From NCBI RefSeq assembly GCF_058153355.1, contig NZ_CM177019.1: DNA of 64,000 nt, one strand, 5' to 3'. The notes beneath the pieces were generated by a model. It made no database searches, had not been told where the DNA came from, and saw nothing but the letters and a program-made list of their open reading frames with translations. Position 1 is the stretch's first letter, and the number at the start of each line of letters is the position of its first letter. The position numbers were made by a program, and so were the translations under genes. Shown here in pieces: positions 40,785 through 49,695 of the stretch.

Positions 40785-41471
40785 GTGAAAACATTGGCAG
40801 AAAGACTAAAAAGCGAAAGAGAAAAAGCAGGAATGAGTCAGGCGCAACTAGCTGAAAAAATTGGACTTTCACAACAATCCGTAGCGAAAATCGAGAATGG
40901 AGAAACTCAACAGCCTCGGAAAATTAAAGAGATTGCTAAAGTGTTAGGGGTTTCTCAAAAGTGGTTGCAATTGGGCATTGAGGATAACGCGTCTTTCCCA
41001 AACCTTGTTGTAAAGGAGGCTGAAAGTACAACATTAGATCCTGACATTTTTGCAAACATTCCTGTCCTAGATGTCGAATTATCAGCGGGTAATGGATGTT
41101 TGGCTGAAATAGTTGAATCAACTGTAGACTGGTTCCCGCTAAGAAGGATTGATTTAAGGAAAGCTGGTGTATGTGTCTCCAATGCAAAGATCGTAAAAAT
41201 TTGGGGTAATAGTTTACTACCTGTACTTAACAATGGAGATTTTGTTGCTGTTGATGTTTCCCAAACAGTTCCTATTCGTGATGGGGATCTTTATGCTATA
41301 CGTGATGGCGTATTACTTAGAGTTAAAATATTGATCAATTTACCTGACGGTGGTCTGATTCTAAGAAGTTTCAATAAAGATGAGTATCCAGATGAAATAC
41401 TCACCTTCGAAGATAGGCGTTCCAGAATTCACGTTATAGGTAGAGTATTCTGGTCATCGCGCACTTGGTAA
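40785..41471 (+). CDS. CI-like repressor (HTH_XRE N-domain + S24 LexA-type peptidase C-domain)
   Basis: 228 aa; GMSQAQLAEKIGLSQQSVAKIENG HTH; C-terminal domain with Ser (GNSLLP) and Lys (RVKIL) typical of autocleaving repressors; GTG start with SD GAGGGGG. Confidence 0.85.
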   Translation: MKTLAERLKSEREKAGMSQAQLAEKIGLSQQSVAKIENGETQQPRKIKEIAKVLGVSQKWLQLGIEDNASFPNLVVKEAESTTLDPDIFANIPVLDVELSAGNGCLAEIVESTVDWFPLRRIDLRKAGVCVSNAKIVKIWGNSLLPVLNNGDFVAVDVSQTVPIRDGDLYAIRDGVLLRVKILINLPDGGLILRSFNKDEYPDEILTFEDRRSRIHVIGRVFWSSRTW

Positions 41472-41649
41472 TGCATCAAAAACATTCCTTCAGAAATTTA
41501 GTTACCATTATTACCCGCCTTTTCAATCTTCCTCCCGTGATTTGAGAGTTTCCAATCACGGAAGGAAAGTGTCCATTGTGTAATTAAAAGCGCATCGTCC
41601 ATACAACCTCCTTTTTTGATAACCCTAGCCCCCATTTAACATCCGTCAA

Positions 41650-41700
41650 AACCACATAAAGTTGTTGACAACAACCAAAACAACAACTAGATTACAACTT
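41650..41700. promoter_or_regulatory. OL-like operator region (AAGTTGTTGACAACAACC palindrome and further ACAACTT copies)
   Basis: Same heptamer family as the OR region, located downstream of cI and upstream of the plus-strand early-left genes. Confidence 0.5.
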
Positions 41701-41803
41701 AAAGATGTTGCAGTAACGAACAGGCAGGACGCCCACGAAGTAGCCGCCGGTGGCGTATGAATGACCGGATGATTCGTTAAATACTATGTGTAAGAGAGCG
41801 CAA

Positions 41804-42006
41804 ATGAACCGTTATTTCACATGCTCGTTTTGTGGCGCAAACGAGCTGCAGGCAAAAAAATCATCGCCAAAGGCGGAAAAGATGAAGTTGCTATCTGCTC
41901 TGAGTGCGTAGTCTTGTGTGTTGGGGCATTAATCAATATCAGCACAACTATTCAGTTCACACCAAATGAGAATGCGCCTTTAGATGCGCGGAAATCTGGA
42001 GGTTAA
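41804..42006 (+). pseudogene. ClpX-N-type C4 zinc-ribbon protein, reading frame split at an A7 tract (41854..41860)
   Basis: Frame A: MNRYFTCSFCGANELQAKK...; frame B continues ...IIAKGGKDEVAICSECVVLCVGALI. The joined sequence has CxxC-N18-CxxC; a -1 shift at A_AAA_AAA connects the frames. Confidence 0.5.
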
Positions 42007-42098
42007 AGAACAAAATGAAAGTCCAGATTTTAAACAATAACTGTGAAGTCGTTTGGGCGTAAAACATGACCGCGCGTAGACCAAGGGAGGAAAAAGTG

Positions 42099-42272
42099 GG
42101 AATAGTTAGAAATCAAGCAGATATATTGAAAATCAGCTCTGAATTGCTTGGAGTTTTGAAAAGTGAGCTCACCGCACATGGCATCGAGCCCACTGACGAA
42201 AATTTAAGTTGGGTTTTGTCGATTATTCAACAATCACTCAAGCCCAGCCTCAGCAAACTTTTTATCGAGTAG
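42099..42272 (+). CDS. small hypothetical early protein
   Basis: GTG start with strong SD AAGGGAGG; 57 aa; 3' end overlaps a convergent minus-strand ORF. Confidence 0.4.
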   Translation, partial: GIVRNQADILKISSELLGVLKSELTAHGIEPTDENLSWVLSIIQQSLKPSLSKLFIE

Positions 42273-42425
42273 TGCTTCGAACTTATCGTAAAGCTTGCTT
42301 ATGTCGTCTATCGGGTTTTCTGACGTACTGTAATTTTTATCTGATGTCATGGCAGCAGTCTGATATGCAGTGTGAGTCTTAACCGATAGTTGGAATAAAT
42401 AAAGAATTTTTTCTTCTTTGGTCAT
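42234..42425 (-). CDS. small hypothetical acidic protein, convergent and 3'-overlapping
   Basis: 63 aa (MTKEEKILYLFQLSVKTHTAYQ...), SD AAGGAA, low GC. Confidence 0.45.
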   Translation of the reverse strand: MTKEEKILYLFQLSVKTHTAYQTAAMTSDKNYSTSENPIDDISKLYDKFEALLDKKFAEAGLE

Positions 42426-42863
42426 AACTATTTCCTTCTTGGCTATATGAAAACACCAAGATACCACCGAGCCTGAAGTGGTGAAAAGACAGGCACATAA
42501 CAGCTAAGTATTTTCAACCAGAGAGAATCCTTAGCGTTGTGGTGAATGCGGCTCAGCGCACGCGGGTTAAGGTTGAGGTTGACAGTCGACCTTCTGTGGA
42601 TACCCACCCGCCTGGTGTGCAACCTTCGCCAGGCACCGGGAGGCACCCGGCACCACAACTTTATGCTGTGTGTAGTCCTCGCGGTACCAGTTTGTACACT
42701 TGCTTCCGGCTGGTACCGCTCTTTTTACAAAACAGAGAAGGGCATCACCGGACGACGGGCTCATAACCCAATCCATCCGGGCGGCTGCCACCGCAGGTGT
42801 TCTTCTCTGTTTTGTGGAGAAACCAACCGACCTTGCAGGGTCGATATGATGAGGAGCAGCAAA

Positions 42864-43226
42864 ATGGCTAGCGAACGCAGTACTGATGTGCAGGCATTTA
42901 TCGGGGAGCTGGACGGCGGCGTATTTGAAACCAAAATCGGCGCAGTTCTCAGTGAAGTCGCTTCCGGTGTGATGAACACGAAAACCAAAGGTAAGGTCTC
43001 GCTCAACCTGGAAATCGAACCATTTGATGAGAACCGTGTGAAAATCAAACACAAACTCTCATATGTTCGCCCGACTAACCGCGGGAAAATTTCCGAAGAA
43101 GACACCACCGAAACACCGATGTATGTCAATCGCGGTGGTCGCCTGACTATTCTGCAGGAAGACCAGGGACAATTACTGACTCTTGCCGGTGAACCTGACG
43201 GAAAACTACGCGCAGCAGGTCATTAA
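42864..43226 (+). CDS. hypothetical early protein (YfdP-like size and position)
   Basis: ATG at 42864 with SD GAGGAG; 120 aa MASERSTDVQAFIGELDGG...; the upstream part of the track ORF is judged non-coding. Confidence 0.6.
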   Translation: MASERSTDVQAFIGELDGGVFETKIGAVLSEVASGVMNTKTKGKVSLNLEIEPFDENRVKIKHKLSYVRPTNRGKISEEDTTETPMYVNRGGRLTILQEDQGQLLTLAGEPDGKLRAAGH

Positions 43227-43291
43227 TATCGTTCTTAATTAACTGATTATTTATCTCATCACTGAATATCTTTATATAGTGAGGACTTATT

Positions 43292-44116
43292 ATGTCTCAG
43301 AACTTAGACGCAACCGCAATTAATCAAATCCATGCCCTTATTTCTGCTCAGGGTGTTAATGAAATTATTAGTAAGATTGGTGCCGATGCTGTGGCATTGC
43401 CTGAGAATTTCCGCATTCATGATCTGGAAAAATTTAATTTAAATCGCTTCCGTTTCCGTGGTGCGCTTTCCACTGCCAGCATCGATGACTTTACCCGTTA
43501 TTCTAAAGATCTTGCAGATGAAGGCACCCGCTGCTTTATCGATGCCGATAATATGCGTGCCGTCAGTGTGCTTAACCTGGGTACTATTGATGAACCAGGT
43601 CACGCAGATAACACCGCCACTCTCAAACTGAAAAAGACAGCACCGTTCTCTGCTCTGTTGTCTGTTAATGGCGAGCGTAACTCCCAAAAGTCACTGGCAG
43701 AATGGATTGAAGACTGGGCCGACTACCTTGTGGGCTTTGATGCTAATGGTGACGCCATTCAGGCAACCAAAGCGGCTGCGGCGATCCGTAAAATCACAAT
43801 TGAAGCGAACCAGACCGCTGATTTTGAAGACAATGACTTCAGCGGCAAACGCTCCCTGATGGAGTCTGTCGAAGCGAAGACCAAAGACATTATGCCAGTG
43901 GCATTTGAATTTAAATGCGTTCCGTTTGAAGGCCTGAAAGAACGTCCGTTTAAATTACGCCTCAGCATTATCACTGGCGATCGTCCTGTACTGGTTCTGC
44001 GCATTATTCAGCTGGAAGCGGTGCAGGAAGAAATGGCTAACGAATTTCGTGATCTGCTTGTTGAGAAATTTAAAGACAGCAAAGTAGAAACCTTTATTGG
44101 TACTTTCACCGCCTGA
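43292..44116 (+). CDS. YfdQ-family protein (DUF2303-like)
   Basis: 274 aa, the same length as CPS-53 YfdQ; part of a YfdP/Q/R/S-like gene set. Confidence 0.6.
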   Translation: MSQNLDATAINQIHALISAQGVNEIISKIGADAVALPENFRIHDLEKFNLNRFRFRGALSTASIDDFTRYSKDLADEGTRCFIDADNMRAVSVLNLGTIDEPGHADNTATLKLKKTAPFSALLSVNGERNSQKSLAEWIEDWADYLVGFDANGDAIQATKAAAAIRKITIEANQTADFEDNDFSGKRSLMESVEAKTKDIMPVAFEFKCVPFEGLKERPFKLRLSIITGDRPVLVLRIIQLEAVQEEMANEFRDLLVEKFKDSKVETFIGTFTA

Positions 44117-44243
44117 TTTCATTACTGCAAATGCCCCTGCGGGGGCATTTATGGAAACATAATTTACTCAATAATCGCCGGATGGTGAGGGCTTCCTTTT
44201 ACCAGAATTCAGCGCGGTGCAGCGCATATACGTGGAGAACAAA

Positions 44244-44780
44244 ATGTCATTTATTAAAACTTTTTCCGGGAAGCATTTTTATTATGACAAGATAAATAAA
44301 GACGACATCGTTATTAACGATATCGCGGTTTCCCTTTCAAATATCTGTCGCTTTGCAGGGCATCTTTCACACTTCTACAGCGTCGCCCAACATGCGGTGC
44401 TTTGCAGCCAGCTGGTACCGCAGGAATTTGCTTTTGAAGCGTTAATGCATGATGCAACAGAAGCATATTGCCAGGACATCCCCGCACCACTGAAACGACT
44501 TCTTCCTGACTATAAACGGATGGAAGAAAAAATAGACGCCGCAATCCGTGAGAAATACGGGTTACCCCCAGTTGTGAGTACGCCCGTGAAATATGCCGAT
44601 CTCATCATGCTGGCAACCGAACGCCGCGATCTCGGGCTTGATGATGGCTCTTTCTGGCCTGTACTGGAAGGCATCCCGGCAACAGAGATGTTCAACGTGA
44701 TTCCACTGGCACCGGGTCATGCCTACGGGATGTTTATGGAACGTTTTAACGATTTATCGGAGTTACGCAAATGCGCATGA
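44244..44780 (+). CDS. HD-domain 5'-deoxynucleotidase (YfdR-like)
   Basis: ORF 44217..44780; start MSFIKTFSGKHFYYD gives 178 aa; HD-like residues (HAVLCSQ...MHDATEAYCQD). Confidence 0.7.
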   Translation: MSFIKTFSGKHFYYDKINKDDIVINDIAVSLSNICRFAGHLSHFYSVAQHAVLCSQLVPQEFAFEALMHDATEAYCQDIPAPLKRLLPDYKRMEEKIDAAIREKYGLPPVVSTPVKYADLIMLATERRDLGLDDGSFWPVLEGIPATEMFNVIPLAPGHAYGMFMERFNDLSELRKCA

Positions 44781-45133
44781 ATGTTTTCGAAATGGAAGGG
44801 TTTCTTCGCGGGAAATGTGTACCGCGAGATCTGAAAGTGAACGAAACAAATGCTGAGTACCTGGTACGTAAATTCGACGCGCTTGAAGCTAAATGTGCGG
44901 CACTGGAAAACAAAATAATACCAGTGTCAGCTGAACTGCCACCAGCAAATGAAAGTGTTCTGTTATTTGATGCTAATGGAGAAGGCTGGCTGATTGGCTG
45001 GCGTTCTCTCTGGTACACCTGGGGACAAAAAGAAACCGGAGAATGGCAGTGGACATTTCAGGTCGGGGACCTTGAAAACGTCAATATCACTCACTGGGCA
45101 GTAATGCCAAAAGCACCGGAGGCTGGAGCATAA
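44771..45133 (+). CDS. hypothetical protein (YfdS-like)
   Basis: 120 aa; overlaps the upstream stop. Confidence 0.5.
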   Translation: MRMNVFEMEGFLRGKCVPRDLKVNETNAEYLVRKFDALEAKCAALENKIIPVSAELPPANESVLLFDANGEGWLIGWRSLWYTWGQKETGEWQWTFQVGDLENVNITHWAVMPKAPEAGA

Positions 45134-45912
45134 TGACCACATTTACCAATAAAGAACTGATTAAAGAAATCAAAGAACGAATCAGCAGCCTAGAGGTTCG
45201 AGACGATATTGAGCGCCGTGCTTATGAAATTGCTCTGGCATCGCTAGAAGAGGAGCCGGTGGCATGGCTGCATTCAGAAAATGGCTTAGGTATTCCGGCA
45301 ATAACGAGGTGTAAAAACATTGCTGACAGTTGGTTATCAAAGGGCTGGTATGTTCAGCCGCTATATATAGCCAAGCCAGTGCCGGTAGTGCCAGATGCTC
45401 GTCCGTCTTTAAATAATGGCATAGTCGGTTTTGATGAAGGCTGGAACGCCTGCCGCGCCGCCATGCTTCATGGTGCCGAACCTGTAAACCAAACTTACAA
45501 GTCACCACACACGCAGTTTGAACAAGTTGCTGACCTCTACGAAATGCAATTTGATGACGGTCGCACTTGTGCCTTTCACACTGATGCGCAAAAGGCTGCG
45601 CAATGGCTTCAGGTGTGCGACGGAAACAGGGTTCAGGAATACGTTAAGCTGGAACGGCTGCAGAACGCGCTGTCTGGCAACTCTCCGGTAAGTCCGGGTG
45701 GTTGGATAAGCTGTAGTGAGCGAATGCCGAATGATAAACAGTATGTTTGGTGTTGGGGGAAGTCTTACGGCTGGACTGAGTGCGATACCTTCGAAGGGTA
45801 TTATGATTGGTCGAGAAACAAATGGTGGGCAGTTACTGACAATGAGGAAGAACAGGCATCGAAAGTAACCCACTGGATGCCACTACCGGAGCCGCCGCAG
45901 GAGGTGAAGTAA
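45133..45912 (+). CDS. hypothetical protein with Trp-rich C-terminal domain (DUF551-like)
   Basis: 259 aa; C-terminus WISCSERMPNDKQYVWCWGKSYGWTECDTFEGYYDWSRNKWWAVTD. Confidence 0.5.
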   Translation: MTTFTNKELIKEIKERISSLEVRDDIERRAYEIALASLEEEPVAWLHSENGLGIPAITRCKNIADSWLSKGWYVQPLYIAKPVPVVPDARPSLNNGIVGFDEGWNACRAAMLHGAEPVNQTYKSPHTQFEQVADLYEMQFDDGRTCAFHTDAQKAAQWLQVCDGNRVQEYVKLERLQNALSGNSPVSPGGWISCSERMPNDKQYVWCWGKSYGWTECDTFEGYYDWSRNKWWAVTDNEEEQASKVTHWMPLPEPPQEVK

Positions 45913-46106
45913 TGAACAACTTAATGACAACTAAACAAGTCGCCGATTTCTGTGGTGTTTCAGTATCGACAGTTCTTCGCTGGAACAGCGTAAACAGGAG
46001 AACTGGTCAGAAATATAGGCCTGACTTTCCAGATCCTGATATTAAATCCTGCCCAAATAAATGGGCATCACACAAGATTTACAGATTTGCGGGAGTGATT
46101 GAGTAA
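45912..46106 (+). CDS. excisionase/AlpA-like HTH protein
   Basis: 64 aa; TTKQVADFCGVSVSTVLRW helix-turn-helix; located near the integrase. Confidence 0.6.
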   Translation: MNNLMTTKQVADFCGVSVSTVLRWNSVNRRTGQKYRPDFPDPDIKSCPNKWASHKIYRFAGVIE

Positions 46107-46388
46107 TATGTATTAGCTTAGATGTGAGCTGACACATCTATGCTTAGATGCCAAACCTAATCTGAGCGTCCACTCTTTACCAAGAGCGGACGTTACCAAT
46201 GACCATATGACATGAATCGATAAGATCAAAACATTATCACCAAGAAATGTCATACCATTGATACAAATAAAATTGATTACCCCCTTACTCTTGTTGAAAA
46301 GTTAGTCGTAGAGTACCTATCGCAATGTAATCAGCTTTAATCATCTTAAAATTACTCCTTAAAAATTAGCTTTTATATACTGAACAAA

Positions 46389-47108
46389 TTAAATCTCTGT
46401 TTCTTTTCCTGCTCGGCTCAACCAATACTCCATTGTTTGAGTATGAATCTTTTCAGCGTATATTTTATCAATTAATTTATCTTGTTTTTCTTTAATGACT
46501 TCACGCAGTGAATCATATAACATAAAAAAACGTTCATCATCTTCCTCATTATTACCGTAATTTATTTGATTGAGCTCTGAAAAAATATGATAGTACCTTT
46601 TCTTCTTGGTCCCCGGCAATATTAAAACCAAGCCACATTGATCATATTCGAATTCACCTTTATGGGCAGCAAAGTTATGTCTAACATTCATAATAGAATC
46701 ATGTAAATCTCTGTATTTTTCTGGCACATGCTTTCTCTGCAATGTGAATCGACGCCCTTTCGCCTCTGTAAAACACTTACCGTAAGTAACAACTTTTGAT
46801 ATAAATAAAGACTTTAATATTAGATTCTTTTCTAAATCCGGATAAATAAAGTGTTGTTCTTTATTAATGTTATTACAAATGTTTTTTATTATATTCTCCC
46901 AACCAATAACATTCCGAAGATCTTTATCAAGCAACTGTAAGGCCACATATTGTTCTACAAAGCGGCCTTTTAAAGGTATTCGTGGTAATATTACACCTTT
47001 CTGCTTATAAATTCTTTCTATCGTATTATCTGGATATTGGATCTTCCTTATTTCTATTCCGTCTTCTTCTGATACCCTTACTAATGGTTCATTTTTTAAC
47101 TTTGACAT
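46389..47108 (-). CDS. hypothetical protein, AT-rich cargo gene between xis and int
   Basis: 239 aa; markedly AT-rich relative to flanks; own intergenic regions on both sides; no family recognised. Confidence 0.6.
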   Translation of the reverse strand: MSKLKNEPLVRVSEEDGIEIRKIQYPDNTIERIYKQKGVILPRIPLKGRFVEQYVALQLLDKDLRNVIGWENIIKNICNNINKEQHFIYPDLEKNLILKSLFISKVVTYGKCFTEAKGRRFTLQRKHVPEKYRDLHDSIMNVRHNFAAHKGEFEYDQCGLVLILPGTKKKRYYHIFSELNQINYGNNEEDDERFFMLYDSLREVIKEKQDKLIDKIYAEKIHTQTMEYWLSRAGKETEI

Positions 47109-47394
47109 GTTAACCCTCTTAAATAAAAAACTAACTTTATCCAGATAGTGTCCGTTAAGAAGTTTTCGTTACAACTAAGTTTCTAGGTAAATCATGAATC
47201 GACCTATAGTATCAAAAACATTTGGTGGTAAACATCTGCATTTATCAAATGGCAGGAGCGATTTAGGGGCATAGGGATAGTGATGATATCGATACTCGCC
47301 CCCCTCTTATGTCAACACAATGGCGTAAACTTAACGCTCACATCTCGCTCAAAGTGTGCTAGGAGATTTGGTTATGTTCAGGTGATACAAACCG

Positions 47395-48618
47395 TCAGTT
47401 TGAATCAGAGATAGTACAATTAACAATCGATTCAACCCTCTTCCACCATGCCAGGTAAGCTTTACGCTGTTCTTCTAGATAATCGCTCTTATCATAAACT
47501 TGCCATACCCCTGGCAGCTTATGACCAAGCATAATTTCTGCGATATGAGGCGCAGTAAGATCAGAAAAATTTGTTCGAGCTGTACGTCTCAAGTCATGAA
47601 GAGACCAATGAGGGAATTGATATCCTAAACACCGCCATGCGTACTGCATTAAATTGTAAGGCAGCGACTGCAATGATGTCCGACCAACGGGTTCCCTGCT
47701 TCCTTCCTTAGTAAAAAGCATATCGGAACCATTGTTCATAGAGATAGCGTACTTTATAAGCTCTTCAACCGGTTCAATAATGGGCCGCTTTAGCGGTTCG
47801 CCTGTTATCTCCCCTGTCTTATGTCGTTCTGGTGGTACAGTCCATACTTTATTAATGAAATCAAAATCGTCCACCCGGGCGGTAATTAGCTCTGAACTAC
47901 GGCAACCAAAATGCAGCAATAGTTTAATGAAGGCCCGGTATTTAGGAACCATTCGAGAACCATCGATCGCAGCATAAAGGATTTTAATTTCATCATGTGT
48001 CAGAAACCGTTTCTTCTGACCTTTACGGATATCCATATCTTTACCCGTGATATCCGACAGCGGGCGAGTTTCAATGAGCTTTCTCTTATACGCCCAGACA
48101 TGGGCCTGCTTTGCGTTAATTAGCAATCGGTCTGCTATTGCTGGAGTCTTAGTGCTAAGAGGCTCCAGGACTTCTAACCAATCATGCAATGTAGCTGCAT
48201 CGTGAGGGATATTCCCGATTTTAGAGAACAGGTGCAGCTCAAACGAGCGAAGTATCTGTTCAGAACCTTTTTTATTTTTTACACAATATGCTTCATACCA
48301 AGCACGGATCACAGACTCTACCGTCATGGCTTCAGTAGCTTTTCGTTTTTCAGCCTGCTTGACCAATCGTGGATTACGGTTTGACTCGAGTTCACCACGA
48401 AGACGGATAACTTCTTCTCTGGCCTCTTTTAATCCAGTTGCCGGGTAAGTTCCGATATCAAGACGCTCACCTTTCCCTGCCCATTGATAACGATATTGGA
48501 ACACTACGCGACCTTTCGGTGATACTCTGACAGACAGACCATCACGATCGGATTTAACCAAAACCTTATCACGTTCCTTTCCAACGACTGAACGCAACCA
48601 CGCATCAGACAGCGCCAT
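47395..48618 (-). CDS. tyrosine integrase (P4-type)
   Basis: 407 aa; C-terminal catalytic region with HDLRRTARTNF and a downstream Tyr; adjacent to attR and the arm-type sites. Confidence 0.9.
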   Translation of the reverse strand: MALSDAWLRSVVGKERDKVLVKSDRDGLSVRVSPKGRVVFQYRYQWAGKGERLDIGTYPATGLKEAREEVIRLRGELESNRNPRLVKQAEKRKATEAMTVESVIRAWYEAYCVKNKKGSEQILRSFELHLFSKIGNIPHDAATLHDWLEVLEPLSTKTPAIADRLLINAKQAHVWAYKRKLIETRPLSDITGKDMDIRKGQKKRFLTHDEIKILYAAIDGSRMVPKYRAFIKLLLHFGCRSSELITARVDDFDFINKVWTVPPERHKTGEITGEPLKRPIIEPVEELIKYAISMNNGSDMLFTKEGSREPVGRTSLQSLPYNLMQYAWRCLGYQFPHWSLHDLRRTARTNFSDLTAPHIAEIMLGHKLPGVWQVYDKSDYLEEQRKAYLAWWKRVESIVNCTISDSN

Positions 48619-48663
48619 TACTCACCTTGTACAAATCGCAAAACACCTCTGCTGTTTTGTACA

Positions 48664-48684
48664 TTATGTACAAGCATATGTACA
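48664..48684. repeat. integrase arm-type site cluster (TTATGTACAAGCATATGTACA)
   Basis: Pairs with 9375..9395; additional TTGTACA copies at ~48626 and ~48655. Confidence 0.55.
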
Positions 48685-48838
48685 GATTTTTGATGAAAGC
48701 AAGCTGATCGATTTAAAGTTACATGAAAGAGTTTTCAATTAAAGAAGCTACATAAGCAAATGTATTTAAATGAGTTATATAGCTCAACTTCAATTAACTG
48801 AAAGGATTTTGAAAGAGTAAAAGAGCTTTAATTTGGAC

Positions 48839-48913
48839 TTAATTATTGGGGTGAGAAATAATGGCAAAAGTGCGGCGCTTCGCCACCTCTTGCAAATAAG
48901 GAGACAACGTCAT
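48839..48913 (-). pseudogene. prfC: orphaned original 5' end of prfC (24 codons) displaced by prophage integration
   Basis: Minus strand reads ATG ACG TTG TCT CCT TAT TTG CAA GAG GTG GCG AAG CGC CGC ACT TTT GCC ATT ATT TCT CAC CCC AAT AAT TAA = [24 protein letters not shown]. Confidence 0.85.
48848..48861. repeat. prophage attR core (ATTATTTCTCACCC)
   Basis: Identical to 9296..9309. Confidence 0.7.
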
Positions 48914-49003
48914 AATTCTTTCTTCTTGAGTAAGCGGCATCGCGCCGCGCTTGTTGAAAACGAAAAATTGCGGCTATTTTACCCATCAACGGGGGGGAGG
49001 CAA

Positions 49004-49681
49004 TCAGTGTTTACACAGGAGCTGCTCCAGTTCGTGCAACGAAGAAACGGTCCAGGTAGGCGCGATGCCTTCTGGTTGCTCGCGATTGTGCGCATTCAGC
49101 CAGCAGGTCGCAAGCCCGGCGTTGATGCCACCGAGAATATCGGACTCGGCAGTGTCGCCAACCATCAGCACGCGTGAACGGTCAGGATTGCCCGCCTGTT
49201 CCAGCGCATAATCGAAAATTTTCTTATTCGGTTTGGCTACGCCAACTTCTTCGGAAATCACCAACAAATCGAAATAATCACGCAGGCCCGTGCGTTCCAG
49301 ACGCACTTGCTGCAAGGCGCTAAAGCCGTTGGTGATGATGCCGATTTTGGCGTTGCCGCGAATGGCATTAAGCAGGGAAACCGCGCCCGGCAGCGGTGTG
49401 CAAATTTCCGCCATCGCATTAATGAAGGCCTCGTTGAGTTTACCTGGCTCGACGTTCAGCCGTTCGGCCCAGCTCTCAAAACGCCCGTGCTGAAGCTGTA
49501 ATGAAGTGATCGCACCGTTTTGATAATCTACCCACAGGGGCTTGTTAACGGCCTGATAGTCCTGAAAATCTTCAGCGGTAAAAGTGACGCTGTAATCAAG
49601 AAACATCCGCTGCAGGCCGGTGAATGAGTCAAAGGTAAACAGCGTTTCATCGGCATCAAAGAAAATCCAGTCCCACTTCAT
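49004..49681 (-). CDS. yjjG: HAD-family pyrimidine 5'-nucleotidase
   Basis: 225 aa, DxD HAD motif (IFFDADETL); K-12 synteny. Confidence 0.9.
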   Translation of the reverse strand: MKWDWIFFDADETLFTFDSFTGLQRMFLDYSVTFTAEDFQDYQAVNKPLWVDYQNGAITSLQLQHGRFESWAERLNVEPGKLNEAFINAMAEICTPLPGAVSLLNAIRGNAKIGIITNGFSALQQVRLERTGLRDYFDLLVISEEVGVAKPNKKIFDYALEQAGNPDRSRVLMVGDTAESDILGGINAGLATCWLNAHNREQPEGIAPTWTVSSLHELEQLLCKH

Positions 49682-49695
49682 TATTCCACCTTGTC

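Larger units (their letters stand above)
9296..48861. mobile_element. integrated mosaic prophage (~39.6 kb): lambdoid regulation/replication/lysis, HK97-type head, Mu-type contractile tail
   Basis: Bounded by the att cores inside prfC-homologous sequence; integrase adjacent to attR; contiguous phage gene modules throughout. Confidence 0.85.

Noticed and set aside
42546-42863. N-terminal ~100 codons of track ORF 42546..43226 and the antisense ORF 42567..43052
   Set aside because: Arg/Cys-rich low-complexity translation of a GC-rich structured region; a good SD/ATG at 42864 begins the plausible protein. The region is treated as non-coding and reported as a finding.
48833-49211. Plus-strand ORFs 48833..49177 and 48951..49211
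   Set aside because: They overlap the orphaned prfC 5' fragment and are antisense to yjjG; no coding support.
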